A DNA stretch of 64,000 bases from Escherichia phage vB_EcoM_REC. The position numbers and the translations under genes were made by a program. Shown here piece after piece: positions 37,530-46,777 of this stretch (its first letter is position 1; each line of letters opens with the position of its first letter). The notes under the pieces are model-generated. The model worked only from the letters and a program-made list of their open reading frames with translations, was not told where the DNA came from and made no database searches. Location of the stretch: the sequence record OM386667.1; one strand, given 5' to 3'.

Positions 37530-39122
37530 TTAACGATCCTCTCTGATTTGATTAATCTTACGAGCAAGGGCAGCTATAAGCTTATCTTCTTCAGATACAG
37601 GAGCCGTGCTCTTACCTAAACGATGCATGTCTAGAATCTCTTGAACAGTCCGGTTCCATTGTAGACATTTAATACAACGTGTATGTGCAACATACAGAAG
37701 ATTTCGTTCTGATTCTTCAAGACCTACCCACTCACCCTTCTTATCATAATTAGAAGGAAAGTCATTTGCAACAATAACCTGATCCCATTCCAAACCTTTT
37801 GATTTGTGGGCTGTAGTTAAAGTAACTTTAGCCGTTGGAGAGTTACGGTGCATACGTAAAGTGTATGCAATATTATTAGCTTTACCAGAAACAACGATGT
37901 TTAAAAGTCGTTTTGCATCAGGATCTGATTCTGCACACTCTACAAATTCTTCCCAAGAAGTGTAAGGTAGGACTGTCTCATGCTTAACTTTGTCCAAATC
38001 ACCTCTACGTAAAGCATTAACACTATCCACCATAGAAATGAAATCTTTGGTATCTACGTTAATAATAATCTCTTCTCCGTTAGCGATTCGGTCCATAGCT
38101 TCGAGCAACAGAGTCAAATTCTTACGGAAAATAATGGTGTAAGGTTTACTATAATCTACCACATCAGAATGAAAACTTCCAGTGACAGTATCATAACCTT
38201 TGCCTACCAGCGGATGCTTCAGAGGTGAGCGATCAGAAAGGATCGCATTAGCAATGTCCGCAACTTTAGGACCAAAGCGAAAACAAGCTGTCAGAGGCAA
38301 CTCAACCCCATATGTAGCCGTTTGCTTCATCATGTTCTGGCTTCCACGGAACTGATAAATACTCTGAAATTCATCACCCACAACAACAATACGTTTAGCC
38401 GATTTAGCATTGCGAAGGATAGACAGGAATGCAGGGTTAACATCCTGGAATTCATCTCCAAAAATAATATCATATCCTAAGTCTTCTTTGCTCAATTCAA
38501 AGAGTTTCACATAGGTGTCATGAGTCATAATGGTTTCTGATTTAGGATCAATACGCTCACGCCAAAGTTGCTTCGCATATTTAACAACTTCGTTAATAAG
38601 TTTTTGTTCGTTGATGTTCTTACGTTTAAGATCTGACATATGCACTTTAGGAAAATGTTTATGTCCAATATGTTCATCGTCAGAAAACTCATATTTAGCT
38701 AAAGTTTGTTTTACCATTAACCCGATCATTGCACGAGTCAGTAGCACTTTACCATTCTTATCAATCAAATTCTGAATCTTGAATTTTTTGGCAATCTCAC
38801 TACCAGTTCCAGCTACGTTAACATATTGACCTTCTGGACGAGACAATTTGTGTCGAAGGTTTTGTGGAAGACGCTGGTAACAGATTGAATGTAGCGTTCG
38901 GCACATAACGTTAGGCGGCATTTTACGTCGAGCTTCCTCTGCCATACTTTTGTTAAACGCCAAATATAGAATACTATCATTTGTGCCATTAGCCAACATA
39001 TACAGTGTTGACGTTTTACCTGATCCAGATTTAGCTTGAATTGTAACGAAACGATTTTCTTGATACCCACTTTCAATAGCGTATTGTTCGTCGGTAGGTG
39101 TAAAACTCAATTGTGTAGACAC
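37530..39122 (-). CDS. superfamily 1 DNA helicase (UvrD/Rep-like)
   Basis: 530 aa; AKSGSGKTST (Walker A), RTLHSICYQ, IIFGDEFQDVN (motif II), VVVGDEFQSIYQFRG (motif III), LTTAHKSKGLEWDQV, LLYVAHTRCIKCL. Confidence 0.8.
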   Translation of the reverse strand: MSTQLSFTPTDEQYAIESGYQENRFVTIQAKSGSGKTSTLYMLANGTNDSILYLAFNKSMAEEARRKMPPNVMCRTLHSICYQRLPQNLRHKLSRPEGQYVNVAGTGSEIAKKFKIQNLIDKNGKVLLTRAMIGLMVKQTLAKYEFSDDEHIGHKHFPKVHMSDLKRKNINEQKLINEVVKYAKQLWRERIDPKSETIMTHDTYVKLFELSKEDLGYDIIFGDEFQDVNPAFLSILRNAKSAKRIVVVGDEFQSIYQFRGSQNMMKQTATYGVELPLTACFRFGPKVADIANAILSDRSPLKHPLVGKGYDTVTGSFHSDVVDYSKPYTIIFRKNLTLLLEAMDRIANGEEIIINVDTKDFISMVDSVNALRRGDLDKVKHETVLPYTSWEEFVECAESDPDAKRLLNIVVSGKANNIAYTLRMHRNSPTAKVTLTTAHKSKGLEWDQVIVANDFPSNYDKKGEWVGLEESERNLLYVAHTRCIKCLQWNRTVQEILDMHRLGKSTAPVSEEDKLIAALARKINQIREDR

Positions 39123-39136
39123 GTATTTCTCCTCTC

Positions 39137-39652
39137 TTAATAAAAACTCTTGACAATCCTCATCATTTCCTTAGCTCTGCTGGCATAAGGTTCTTTTAGA
39201 TTAGGTGGCAAATGTGCATTAATGTATCCCATTTGTTTTTCCCATGTCCACTTATCTTTAAATCTTGGCATGGTATCTCCTGCTAAACTGTTTTCTTTTC
39301 GTGTTTGAATAATCCAATTACATGGAAAATGCACACCACCTTTACGGAAGGGAATATAATGTCCCAATGTGAATGCCTTATTGTTCTTTAAACGTCCAGC
39401 TAAATTAAGATTAACAATAAGACTACGAAACACATAGTATTGATAAAGATTGTCAACAGTATATACAGAGTAGTATGCTCTAAGTGCATTATCTCTACTA
39501 AGATTACCAACATCCAAACTGCACCAGTTTAAATTACTTGGATCATAGTTGTGATTATCAATCCATTCTTCTCTTTCCTCAAATTCTGCATTAACAGCAG
39601 ATTGCCCTGCTGTAGATACAAAAAGAGAATTTGCATCAAAGAACATACACAC
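39137..39652 (-). CDS. hypothetical protein
   Basis: 171 aa ORF. Confidence 0.4.
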   Translation of the reverse strand: MCMFFDANSLFVSTAGQSAVNAEFEEREEWIDNHNYDPSNLNWCSLDVGNLSRDNALRAYYSVYTVDNLYQYYVFRSLIVNLNLAGRLKNNKAFTLGHYIPFRKGGVHFPCNWIIQTRKENSLAGDTMPRFKDKWTWEKQMGYINAHLPPNLKEPYASRAKEMMRIVKSFY

Positions 39653-39660
39653 TCCCTCCT

Positions 39661-40014
39661 TTAGTTTACATCGTTTAGAGCATTACCAATCTTTAAGATA
39701 ATAACATCGTTAAGGGCTTCTTCTCCATTAAGGCCAGAGAAAGCAGGAGTAACGAAAGTTACCATATAATAATGGTCTTCTTGTAGGATTGCGATAACGC
39801 CGTCTAGTTTAACATCTCCTGTGAAACGAAAAACTTTCAACTTTTGTTCTAAAGGAAGATCTCCTTCAACATTTAAAACCATATCTCCAACACCAAACTT
39901 TTCTGCCCCGATGTAGATGTAAGCTTGGTCCTCTTTTTTATGATAATACAGTGTTGCTTGTTTGTCTTGTAGTGTTGTGATACCAAACACATCTACATCA
40001 ATAATATTTTTCAA
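39661..40014 (-). CDS. hypothetical protein
   Basis: start placed at a TTG 5-6 nt after GGAGGAG to avoid a 61-bp overlap; start uncertain. Confidence 0.3.
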   Translation of the reverse strand: MKNIIDVDVFGITTLQDKQATLYYHKKEDQAYIYIGAEKFGVGDMVLNVEGDLPLEQKLKVFRFTGDVKLDGVIAILQEDHYYMVTFVTPAFSGLNGEEALNDVIILKIGNALNDVN

Positions 40015-40379
40015 AAATTCTCCTCCCAAATCCAATAATTGTCTACATAAGTAGGATGCCTTTTGTCCCACTCTTTTCTAGCCCAAGCCACGGCTGCTAT
40101 CAATACATCTCCATGACAAGGTTGAGGGGAGCAGAAGCAAACTAAATCTTTCCCTTCTAGCTCTAATAAATCTTCAAGAGTGATCTTACCACAACGAATT
40201 TGCTCCCACAACCACTCTTTATACCTTTGTATAGTTGATCCTCGTGGTTCATCATCTTTTAACTTAAAAGGGTTTGCAAACTTGGAGGCTTTTAGTCCCA
40301 TGTGTGGCATTGCTCTACCAATATAAACAGCACCTTCTGGGATTGTTTTGCCTAAATGGTAAAAGTTTAATACCTTCAT
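40011..40379 (-). CDS. DUF4326-like phage protein
   Basis: 122 aa; GRAMPHMGLKASKFANPF...YKEWL...GKDLVCFCSPQPCHGDVL follows the conserved pattern of this phage/plasmid family. Confidence 0.5.
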   Translation of the reverse strand: MKVLNFYHLGKTIPEGAVYIGRAMPHMGLKASKFANPFKLKDDEPRGSTIQRYKEWLWEQIRCGKITLEDLLELEGKDLVCFCSPQPCHGDVLIAAVAWARKEWDKRHPTYVDNYWIWEENF

Positions 40380-40380
40380 A

Positions 40381-40743
40381 TTAACCTAAACACATACGTG
40401 CGATCAGACCTTGAATTAGTTTATCTGCTTCTTCTCGATCATAGTCGGTATCTTCTATACCACCATCTTCGTCACGATAAACTTTACCTTCCAAGTACCC
40501 AGCATCGATCAAACCAATAATCAAATCGAACTGCCAACAAGAATTACCGAAAGGACGTTTTCCACTGAAACTGTCTTCTTCTTCCCAAAGTGTAGAGAGC
40601 AGTCGTCTGAAATATTCACGCACAGTAACAGTGCCAAGATCATCGTCTTCAAAAACAACATCTAAAGCATCTGGTTCAGCTTTATCTACAACAGGCACAT
40701 AACGTTGACCATTAATAACAACATCTACAATCGTTTCTCTCAT
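40381..40743 (-). CDS. hypothetical protein
   Basis: 120 aa ORF. Confidence 0.4.
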   Translation of the reverse strand: MRETIVDVVINGQRYVPVVDKAEPDALDVVFEDDDLGTVTVREYFRRLLSTLWEEEDSFSGKRPFGNSCWQFDLIIGLIDAGYLEGKVYRDEDGGIEDTDYDREEADKLIQGLIARMCLG

Positions 40744-41102
40744 TTTTCCTCCTTCTTGTATTCTAAGAACATGTCAACTTCATAAGCTGCCCGTTCATTA
40801 AATTTACTAGGATCTACTAAAATAAAAAGTTGTTTATTTATATCTTGAAACTCTTTTACTACAATGTAAAGGTGTTTCTTACAAGAGAAGCCTGTTGCTT
40901 GATAAGCATCGCCCCAATCATCCACACCTTTTAATGTTTCTACATACTTACATTTTATTTTATCTTTACCGTCTTGGTAAAGTGCTTCACCTCCGAACCA
41001 TGTGAAGAATTTAGTGCGATCTGCCCCAACCTTAAAGCCGTCACGAGCAAAAACACCAGTAGAGGCTAATAACAGCAAGGCAAACAGCACTTTTCTCATC
41101 AC
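40740..41102 (-). CDS. secreted hypothetical protein
   Basis: 120 aa; N-terminal signal peptide MMRKVLFALLLLASTGVFA. Confidence 0.4.
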   Translation of the reverse strand: MMRKVLFALLLLASTGVFARDGFKVGADRTKFFTWFGGEALYQDGKDKIKCKYVETLKGVDDWGDAYQATGFSCKKHLYIVVKEFQDINKQLFILVDPSKFNERAAYEVDMFLEYKKEEK

Positions 41103-41407
41103 ATCTCCTCGTCGGACTTCAAGGCTTTAGAGAATACTACATTAAACATTTCACCGCAACCATTATTAACATAATACATGATGTAATTATCATCTTCGTC
41201 TACAGGCGCACGATACTCCAATTCATAACTATACAGATTAGAATTACTTGTGCAACCTTGTGGATACCAAAAGTAAAGTTCACCACAAGATTCTACCCAT
41301 TTAAGACCAGTCCGATCTTCAAACACCAATGTAGAAGGGTTTTCTGAATCTTTCACAGCTTCTTCATACTGTTGATGTACCATAACTGCTAATGATAATG
41401 TACTCAT
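41099..41407 (-). CDS. hypothetical protein
   Basis: ORF with ATG at 41407 (track start 41410 is the in-frame GTG). Confidence 0.4.
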   Translation of the reverse strand: MSTLSLAVMVHQQYEEAVKDSENPSTLVFEDRTGLKWVESCGELYFWYPQGCTSNSNLYSYELEYRAPVDEDDNYIMYYVNNGCGEMFNVVFSKALKSDEEM

Positions 41408-41580
41408 CACGCCTCCAAATAGTGTTTACAAATGACAAAACGCCATGTTTGTTTATAATAGTCTCTTTTTTCAAGAGCCTCTTTGTAAGAGGGTATACGT
41501 TGCGACAGAAGCATCCATTCACAATCTGCACCCATTCTTCCATAAAGCGCGTAACGGATGTTACTTTGTTTATCTCCCAT
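41407..41580 (-). CDS. small hypothetical protein (about 58 aa), not in ORF track
   Basis: ATG at 41580 preceded by AAGGAGGCA; stop overlaps next start (TGATG). Confidence 0.3.
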   Translation of the reverse strand: MGDKQSNIRYALYGRMGADCEWMLLSQRIPSYKEALEKRDYYKQTWRFVICKHYLEA

Positions 41581-41623
41581 AAATGCCTCCTTAATCTTGT
41601 TTACAAGTATACCCTCTAATTAG

Positions 41624-41821
41624 TTACACTTTTTCCCAAGTACCAAAAGCACAGGAAGGGTAGATTCCAACTTGAGGGTTTCCGTTATCATCTTTGAAAG
41701 TAAAACTGTTGTTGTCTTTATCAAGAACTGTAGAATAAATCTTACCAACAGTAACGCAGTTGGAAGCTTGACCCAGTTCAGTAAGAGTAAGACATTTCAT
41801 TTTCTGTTTCTTTGTAGCCAT
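41624..41821 (-). CDS. hypothetical protein
   Basis: 65 aa ORF. Confidence 0.3.
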   Translation of the reverse strand: MATKKQKMKCLTLTELGQASNCVTVGKIYSTVLDKDNNSFTFKDDNGNPQVGIYPSCAFGTWEKV

Positions 41822-41903
41822 TTATAAAGTCTCCTTAGTAAGTGAATCTTTATTCTACACAAAGAGCTTTGCACATGTCAAGTAACTCTTTGTGAGATTA
41901 ATC

Positions 41904-42173
41904 TTAATGATTGATGATGTTGATGACGATCTTAGTTTCAACCTTAGCCCAACAGGAATCTGCTTCATTAAAACGACTATTTGCAATGTATTCTCCTGCA
42001 CGAGAACCTGTTAAGCAAACTGCACCTGTATCTGTAGCTAAGTAGTAGTCCCGTTCTTGTTCATTTACTTCTGAGTTGTAGTAATAGAAAACAGACATAG
42101 GTTCAATTTCAGATAAACGGTATAACTTTGGAACAGGGGATTTCTCGATAAACTCAACAGAAGTTTTACTCAT
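41904..42173 (-). CDS. hypothetical protein
   Basis: 89 aa ORF. Confidence 0.35.
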   Translation of the reverse strand: MSKTSVEFIEKSPVPKLYRLSEIEPMSVFYYYNSEVNEQERDYYLATDTGAVCLTGSRAGEYIANSRFNEADSCWAKVETKIVINIINH

Positions 42174-42406
42174 TTGTTTTCTCCTAGATCTAAACTAATT
42201 AAGAAGTCACGAAGGATGATCATTTGTTCTGTAGACAATGATAATACACCTTCTCCATAAATATCACCAGACCATTCAGCAGTTAGATCTAGTGTACCAG
42301 TACCAGGAAACCAATCAATAGTGATCTGATTACCATTAGAGTCAGGTAGTATTTCACTGACTAACATAACACACTCTCCTATTATTGTTCTTGATCTTAC
42401 GATCAT
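42170..42406 (-). CDS. hypothetical protein
   Basis: 78 aa ORF. Confidence 0.35.
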   Translation of the reverse strand: MIVRSRTIIGECVMLVSEILPDSNGNQITIDWFPGTGTLDLTAEWSGDIYGEGVLSLSTEQMIILRDFLISLDLGENK

Positions 42407-42536
42407 CTACCGATAAGAACAAGTACTTAAATCTCTGTTCTTCGAACATCTAACGATAGAGATTAATCTATTACATAATCTATACTCGCTATCGCTCGAC
42501 CCTTCGGGGTTAGGGTAGCATATTTTTTGAAAAAAG

Positions 42537-42893
42537 TCAACACTTATTTTTGGTAAGTAGATAAATCAATTGTTCACCTGCTTCTGGTGCATATAGTGCT
42601 TTAGTATCGAAGTCAAAGAAGTGAGTGACTCCTGTTACTTTGGATGCCTGAATAGATAATCGTGCAAGCTTAAGCAGATTATCCATTTCTGCAATCTTTG
42701 CACGAAACACTGCACGTGTAGCGTCAAAAGCTGCATGTGGCATGTATTTACGATTTAGACTACTACGTTTAAATTTACGATAATCTGCAATGATCTTGTT
42801 ACGTTCTTTGTTCAAGTGCTTTACCAGTGCAGTGTATACATGTGGTTCTTTGTTAGCCATTGTTAATCTCCTCTTCATATGTTGGTAGTGCAT
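42537..42893 (-). CDS. hypothetical protein
   Basis: 118 aa ORF. Confidence 0.4.
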   Translation of the reverse strand: MHYQHMKRRLTMANKEPHVYTALVKHLNKERNKIIADYRKFKRSSLNRKYMPHAAFDATRAVFRAKIAEMDNLLKLARLSIQASKVTGVTHFFDFDTKALYAPEAGEQLIYLLTKNKC

Positions 42894-43065
42894 GGTATGC
42901 GATCACAGGTGCCAAGTCAAAATAAAAATGACCATTGATAACAGCTATCGTGCCATTGCGTGTTTTGTTAACTTCACAGAATCCCTTCTTGCCGTTTGCC
43001 ATGATTACAAGCCACTCTCCGATAGGAACATCCTCGGTACCAGATACTTTAATCCATCCACTCAC
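42853..43065 (-). CDS. hypothetical protein
   Basis: 70 aa ORF, GTG start, overlaps upstream gene by 41 bp; start uncertain. Confidence 0.3.
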   Translation of the reverse strand: MSGWIKVSGTEDVPIGEWLVIMANGKKGFCEVNKTRNGTIAVINGHFYFDLAPVIAYHALPTYEEEINNG

Positions 43066-43319
43066 TTTACTTCCCCTTTGTAATCGGACACTATACCAGG
43101 TCTTACTTTTGCCTTAAGATGTTTCAACTCTACCATAGGAGTTGCCACTTGTATAGGGCTAACTTCAACCTTGTAGATAGTATATTCATAAGTCGCATAT
43201 TTACCGATGGAATGCAAATACTTAATTGCGTGTTCAGGGGAATCTGCTTCAACATACCCTAAATCTTTCGTAGTACGACCTTCGGTATCGCCTTCAGTGG
43301 TTACGTGATAAAGTGTCAT
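43062..43319 (-). CDS. hypothetical protein
   Basis: 85 aa ORF. Confidence 0.35.
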   Translation of the reverse strand: MTLYHVTTEGDTEGRTTKDLGYVEADSPEHAIKYLHSIGKYATYEYTIYKVEVSPIQVATPMVELKHLKAKVRPGIVSDYKGEVK

Positions 43320-43639
43320 AAAACCTCCTTCTGGTTGGCTGCTTCAATCATAACGTTAAGAGTCTCCATACCGCTTTCAACTGCTTGAGCAATCTCTTGG
43401 AACACTGTTTTCTTAAAGATGTATAAAGATCCTGCCTGTAAGCGTTGCACACAGCATAAGAGGGTTTGGTGATCCATAACAAAGTCTCCATAAGCACAAT
43501 CAATTTTCCCTGTGATTGGGTTGTCTCGTGAGCGAGGATCGTATTCTAATGTGATATGCGTTACACCAGGTAAAGTAACAAACTGACAACGGATGTTGAC
43601 ACGTGGTGCAATTGACACGCTAAACAAACTGTTTGACAT
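43316..43639 (-). CDS. hypothetical protein
   Basis: 107 aa ORF. Confidence 0.35.
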   Translation of the reverse strand: MSNSLFSVSIAPRVNIRCQFVTLPGVTHITLEYDPRSRDNPITGKIDCAYGDFVMDHQTLLCCVQRLQAGSLYIFKKTVFQEIAQAVESGMETLNVMIEAANQKEVL

Positions 43640-43782
43640 TTAAACCTCCTCGTAGTAAGGCAAAGCTTTGATCAGCTGTTCTGAAGTGCCATTCTCTGTC
43701 CATGTAACCCCGTTGTCAAGAGAAACATACCCTTTCTTATCGATAAATTTACGGAGACAACCAGTGAACTTGTTTTTGTAGA

Positions 43783-44217
43783 TCATTTCTTCTTTCCTTT
43801 CTTTAATTTGTTGTGACCTTTACCCTTATAAAGCTTGTGATTACGAGCAGATGGGTTATTTTGGTTCTCCAGTCGGCTAACAGGTGTATTCCAAAGATTT
43901 CCTGCTACAAAAGATGCTGCCACAAGTTCTTCCAGGTATACAAAATCCAAAGCAGGTATCTTTGTTTCCCTCATCTTGCGTTCTACATTAGACAACACGC
44001 CTTCTTCCTTACTGTCTTCTTTTTCAATTACAGACCAACCCTCTTCCTGCCAAGCTTCCCCTCTGAACCAAGTTTCCATGTTATAACCTTGTTCGTCGAG
44101 AATAACACCATCTCGCATCTCAAACCATTCACCACCGCAAAAATAACTGTGCTCAACACGTCTACCTTCCTTCATTGCTTCTTTAGCTTCGGTCCAAGTC
44201 AGTTTGATGTTTTGCAT
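43783..44217 (-). CDS. hypothetical protein with basic C-terminus, first gene of the leftward transcription unit
   Basis: 144 aa; RBS AAGAGGAGAAAA; promoter immediately upstream. Confidence 0.4.
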   Translation of the reverse strand: MQNIKLTWTEAKEAMKEGRRVEHSYFCGGEWFEMRDGVILDEQGYNMETWFRGEAWQEEGWSVIEKEDSKEEGVLSNVERKMRETKIPALDFVYLEELVAASFVAGNLWNTPVSRLENQNNPSARNHKLYKGKGHNKLKKGKKK

Positions 44218-44247
44218 TTGTTTTCTCCTCTTGTTTTGTATGAGTTG

Positions 44248-44275
44248 ATCTTAACAGGACTAAAAAGCATGTCAA
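44248..44275 (-). promoter_or_regulatory. sigma70-like promoter (TTGACA-16-TAAGAT), leftward
   Basis: minus-strand TTGACA 44275-44270 and TAAGAT 44253-44248; same -10 variant as the early-region promoters. Confidence 0.5.
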
Positions 44276-44278
44276 TAC

Positions 44279-44306
44279 TTGATCTGAAATTATTTTCAGG
44301 TATCAT
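44279..44306 (+). promoter_or_regulatory. sigma70-like promoter (TTGATC-16-TATCAT), rightward
   Basis: TTGATC 44279-44284 and TATCAT 44301-44306, then AAGAGAGG RBS and ATG at 44332. Confidence 0.4.
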
Positions 44307-44331
44307 ATATGAACATTAACAAGAGAGGTAG

Positions 44332-44625
44332 ATGATGAACATTACTTTAGCAACTAAGAATATTTCTGAGACAATTAACGGTTTTGGTGTCATTGTAGCC
44401 TTACACGGTAACAACGAGAAATGGTTGGCTTCTTTTGAAGAGGATCGTCAGCACAACATTATTTTAGATGCTCCTATAAAAGTTATGCATATCGTTGGTG
44501 AAAGCAAAGTGCTCACTTCCTCCCGTTCAAAAGAACAAATTACAAATGAATTAGTAAAACTGCTTGACAATGTTCTTAACATGTTTGATAATGCACCCAT
44601 CGATACAAAACGTGTCTTAATGTGA
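44332..44625 (+). CDS. hypothetical protein
   Basis: 97 aa ORF with RBS. Confidence 0.4.
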   Translation: MMNITLATKNISETINGFGVIVALHGNNEKWLASFEEDRQHNIILDAPIKVMHIVGESKVLTSSRSKEQITNELVKLLDNVLNMFDNAPIDTKRVLM

Positions 44626-44637
44626 GAGGAGAACCAA

Positions 44638-44925
44638 ATGTATTATTCACAAAATGAAGTAGCAAACATTAAACTGGCAGTTGGCGATCTTATTGTGTCA
44701 CCTAACTACCATTGGGATAACACAGACTTGGTTGAAGTAGTAACTCATGTTGGGTTTGAGGGTGTTGTGCTCTACACCCTGGGTGGAGGTGTTGTTGGGG
44801 AAATGGAACGTTATACAACGACCAAGAAACTGGTAAGTTCTTATCGTATGTTCTTGCATCAAGGCTCAGAAGAGTATGCAACCTTCTTGTTGAAATTGGA
44901 CGCAGATCGGGAGAAGGCACGATGA
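44638..44925 (+). CDS. hypothetical protein
   Basis: 95 aa ORF, RBS GAGAGGAG. Confidence 0.4.
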   Translation: MYYSQNEVANIKLAVGDLIVSPNYHWDNTDLVEVVTHVGFEGVVLYTLGGGVVGEMERYTTTKKLVSSYRMFLHQGSEEYATFLLKLDADREKAR

Positions 44926-45278
44926 AAATTGTACACGATGAAATTCAAATAGAAGAAAGTGACCTGATGGATTTGGATGCAGCTCTGGGGAAGGTAATCT
45001 ATGCAGGAATTAAAGCCTTCCGTGAGAAGGCAAACAATAGCACGTTTGTCATGATCCCCACTAAACTGATGCGTGTTTTGTATCCAAATAGAAGTGCGCC
45101 GTATACAGATGAAGAAGAGGAGACAGGTAGAAGAGAGTGGTTAAATATTTTAGAAAAGATGGAGAATGCTTTTATTGATAGTGGTAATCCAGAAATCGTG
45201 TATGCTGAAGATCAAAGGAAGGCACGGTTAGAGGGCCGTCTTTTATTCGCTAGTTATTTTGATAATCTTTGGAGCTAA
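44922..45278 (+). CDS. hypothetical protein
   Basis: 118 aa ORF. Confidence 0.4.
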   Translation: MKIVHDEIQIEESDLMDLDAALGKVIYAGIKAFREKANNSTFVMIPTKLMRVLYPNRSAPYTDEEEETGRREWLNILEKMENAFIDSGNPEIVYAEDQRKARLEGRLLFASYFDNLWS

Positions 45279-45457
45279 ATATGTCTGAATTCTTCACAAT
45301 GGCTTTCTTAGGGATCTATCTGATTATTAGTGCTGTTGGCTTAATCATGTCTCTAATAGAGGAAATGGGAATTAAGTGGAATTGTGCATTCGGTATAGCT
45401 CTTATGCTCACTCCGGTTTGGATCTACATCTGCAAAGCAGTTGAACTCATTGGTTAA
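45269..45457 (+). CDS. small membrane protein
   Basis: 62 aa, hydrophobic. Confidence 0.35.
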   Translation: MELNMSEFFTMAFLGIYLIISAVGLIMSLIEEMGIKWNCAFGIALMLTPVWIYICKAVELIG

Positions 45458-45467
45458 TGGAGGTAAT

Positions 45468-45806
45468 ATGTTTAGTAAAGAAATGAGAGAGGTGATCGCT
45501 ACTCTGGTAGTAGATCATGGTGTTGAAGTTGAGCGTCACGTTTGGAAAGATGAGCCTCCTTTCTTTGATTTGGCATCACGGGCTAAAAGTCACATGTATC
45601 TCCTTGAAGATGATAAGGATTTTATTCTGCGTATGCGTTATGATCGAGAGTTTAGAATTCCTCTTGACACAGATCCTGATGATGTAGTATTGTGGTTGGC
45701 AGAGCATTTCGCATTTAACGCTCTACATGGAAGAAGTTTTGGTAATGAACGTTGGGATACCATTTGTCGTAAACATAATATTGAACCAGAATACGGGAGT
45801 ATGTAA
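45468..45806 (+). CDS. hypothetical protein
   Basis: ATG at 45468 preceded by GGAGGTAAT; track ORF begins upstream at a TTG. Confidence 0.4.
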   Translation: MFSKEMREVIATLVVDHGVEVERHVWKDEPPFFDLASRAKSHMYLLEDDKDFILRMRYDREFRIPLDTDPDDVVLWLAEHFAFNALHGRSFGNERWDTICRKHNIEPEYGSM

Positions 45807-46057
45807 TGTTAAGTATCAAACCTAAAATGATTACTGAAGATCAAAAAGATTACATTTATAAATGTGGTCGGGTGTGGAAAGAATACACTAAAGGTAATGA
45901 AGTTATTGTAGTTACGGAACATGCTATTTCTTTATCAGATCTTTTTGGTGATTATTTGCAAGTCATTAAAATTGGTATTGACAGAGGTTTGGTGCAGGTG
46001 TTAACATTATCCCAAGTTGAAGCAGAACACTTAGACAAAATCATTGTCGAGTTCTAA
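45806..46057 (+). CDS. hypothetical protein
   Basis: 83 aa ORF. Confidence 0.4.
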   Translation: MLSIKPKMITEDQKDYIYKCGRVWKEYTKGNEVIVVTEHAISLSDLFGDYLQVIKIGIDRGLVQVLTLSQVEAEHLDKIIVEF

Positions 46058-46070
46058 GAGGAGAAAGAAT

Positions 46071-46235
46071 ATGATCTCTTTAGAATCAATAGCTTTTAAG
46101 AAGGGGTATACCGCAGGGTTCAAGTTTGGTATGTTTAATAAAGTAAATCCATATTGTCCAATGACACACAAAAAGGAATTCGAAGAATGGGAAGATGGAT
46201 TTTCTAAAGGCTATCAGGCAAAAGGTTGGTTGTAA
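46071..46235 (+). CDS. hypothetical small protein
   Basis: ATG at 46071 preceded by AAGAGGAGAAAG. Confidence 0.35.
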   Translation: MISLESIAFKKGYTAGFKFGMFNKVNPYCPMTHKKEFEEWEDGFSKGYQAKGWL

Positions 46236-46244
46236 GGAGAGAAT

Positions 46245-46409
46245 ATGATTTTAAACTTCATCATCAACTTGTGTTTGACATTGGGGTTACTCTGTGCAAT
46301 AGTATCCCCTTTGGTTGGTGAATATTGTTCTGAACTGGCGATGTTTATAGTTCTTGGTGCGGCTATTGCTAATATGTTTGTCGCTGCGATTTGTATGTTG
46401 TGGGAATAG
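46245..46409 (+). CDS. small membrane protein (54 aa), not in ORF track
   Basis: ATG after AAGGAGAGA RBS; hydrophobic. Confidence 0.3.
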   Translation: MILNFIINLCLTLGLLCAIVSPLVGEYCSELAMFIVLGAAIANMFVAAICMLWE

Positions 46410-46420
46410 GAGGGAAGTTT

Positions 46421-46777
46421 ATGAAAAAACTAATCTTAGCCACATTGCTGGCTACCGTAAGCTTCACCACTTACGCTCAAAAATTTGTAGCAGTTAAAAC
46501 AGATATTGGTAAAGATGTTGTGATCACAGGCAACAAGTTTTACTATACACCTGGGAATGGTGTTCTAGAAGAGTGTAAAGATGTTGAGGCATATACGGGA
46601 AAAGAAGATAACACGGAACGTCCTTTTTATTCGATTATAGCTACTTGCAAAAATGAAATAGTAGCTATTAAACAATACAAAGATGCCCCTGGAGGAGAAT
46701 ACTTATTAGTCAAGAATATTAAGAGTGAAAAAACTGCAAAGTTTACAGTAATTATTTTAAAAGGAGAAACGTTCTAA
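46421..46777 (+). CDS. secreted hypothetical protein
   Basis: start at MKKLILATLLATVSFTTYA (signal peptide) preceded by GGAGGGAAG. Confidence 0.45.
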   Translation: MKKLILATLLATVSFTTYAQKFVAVKTDIGKDVVITGNKFYYTPGNGVLEECKDVEAYTGKEDNTERPFYSIIATCKNEIVAIKQYKDAPGGEYLLVKNIKSEKTAKFTVIILKGETF

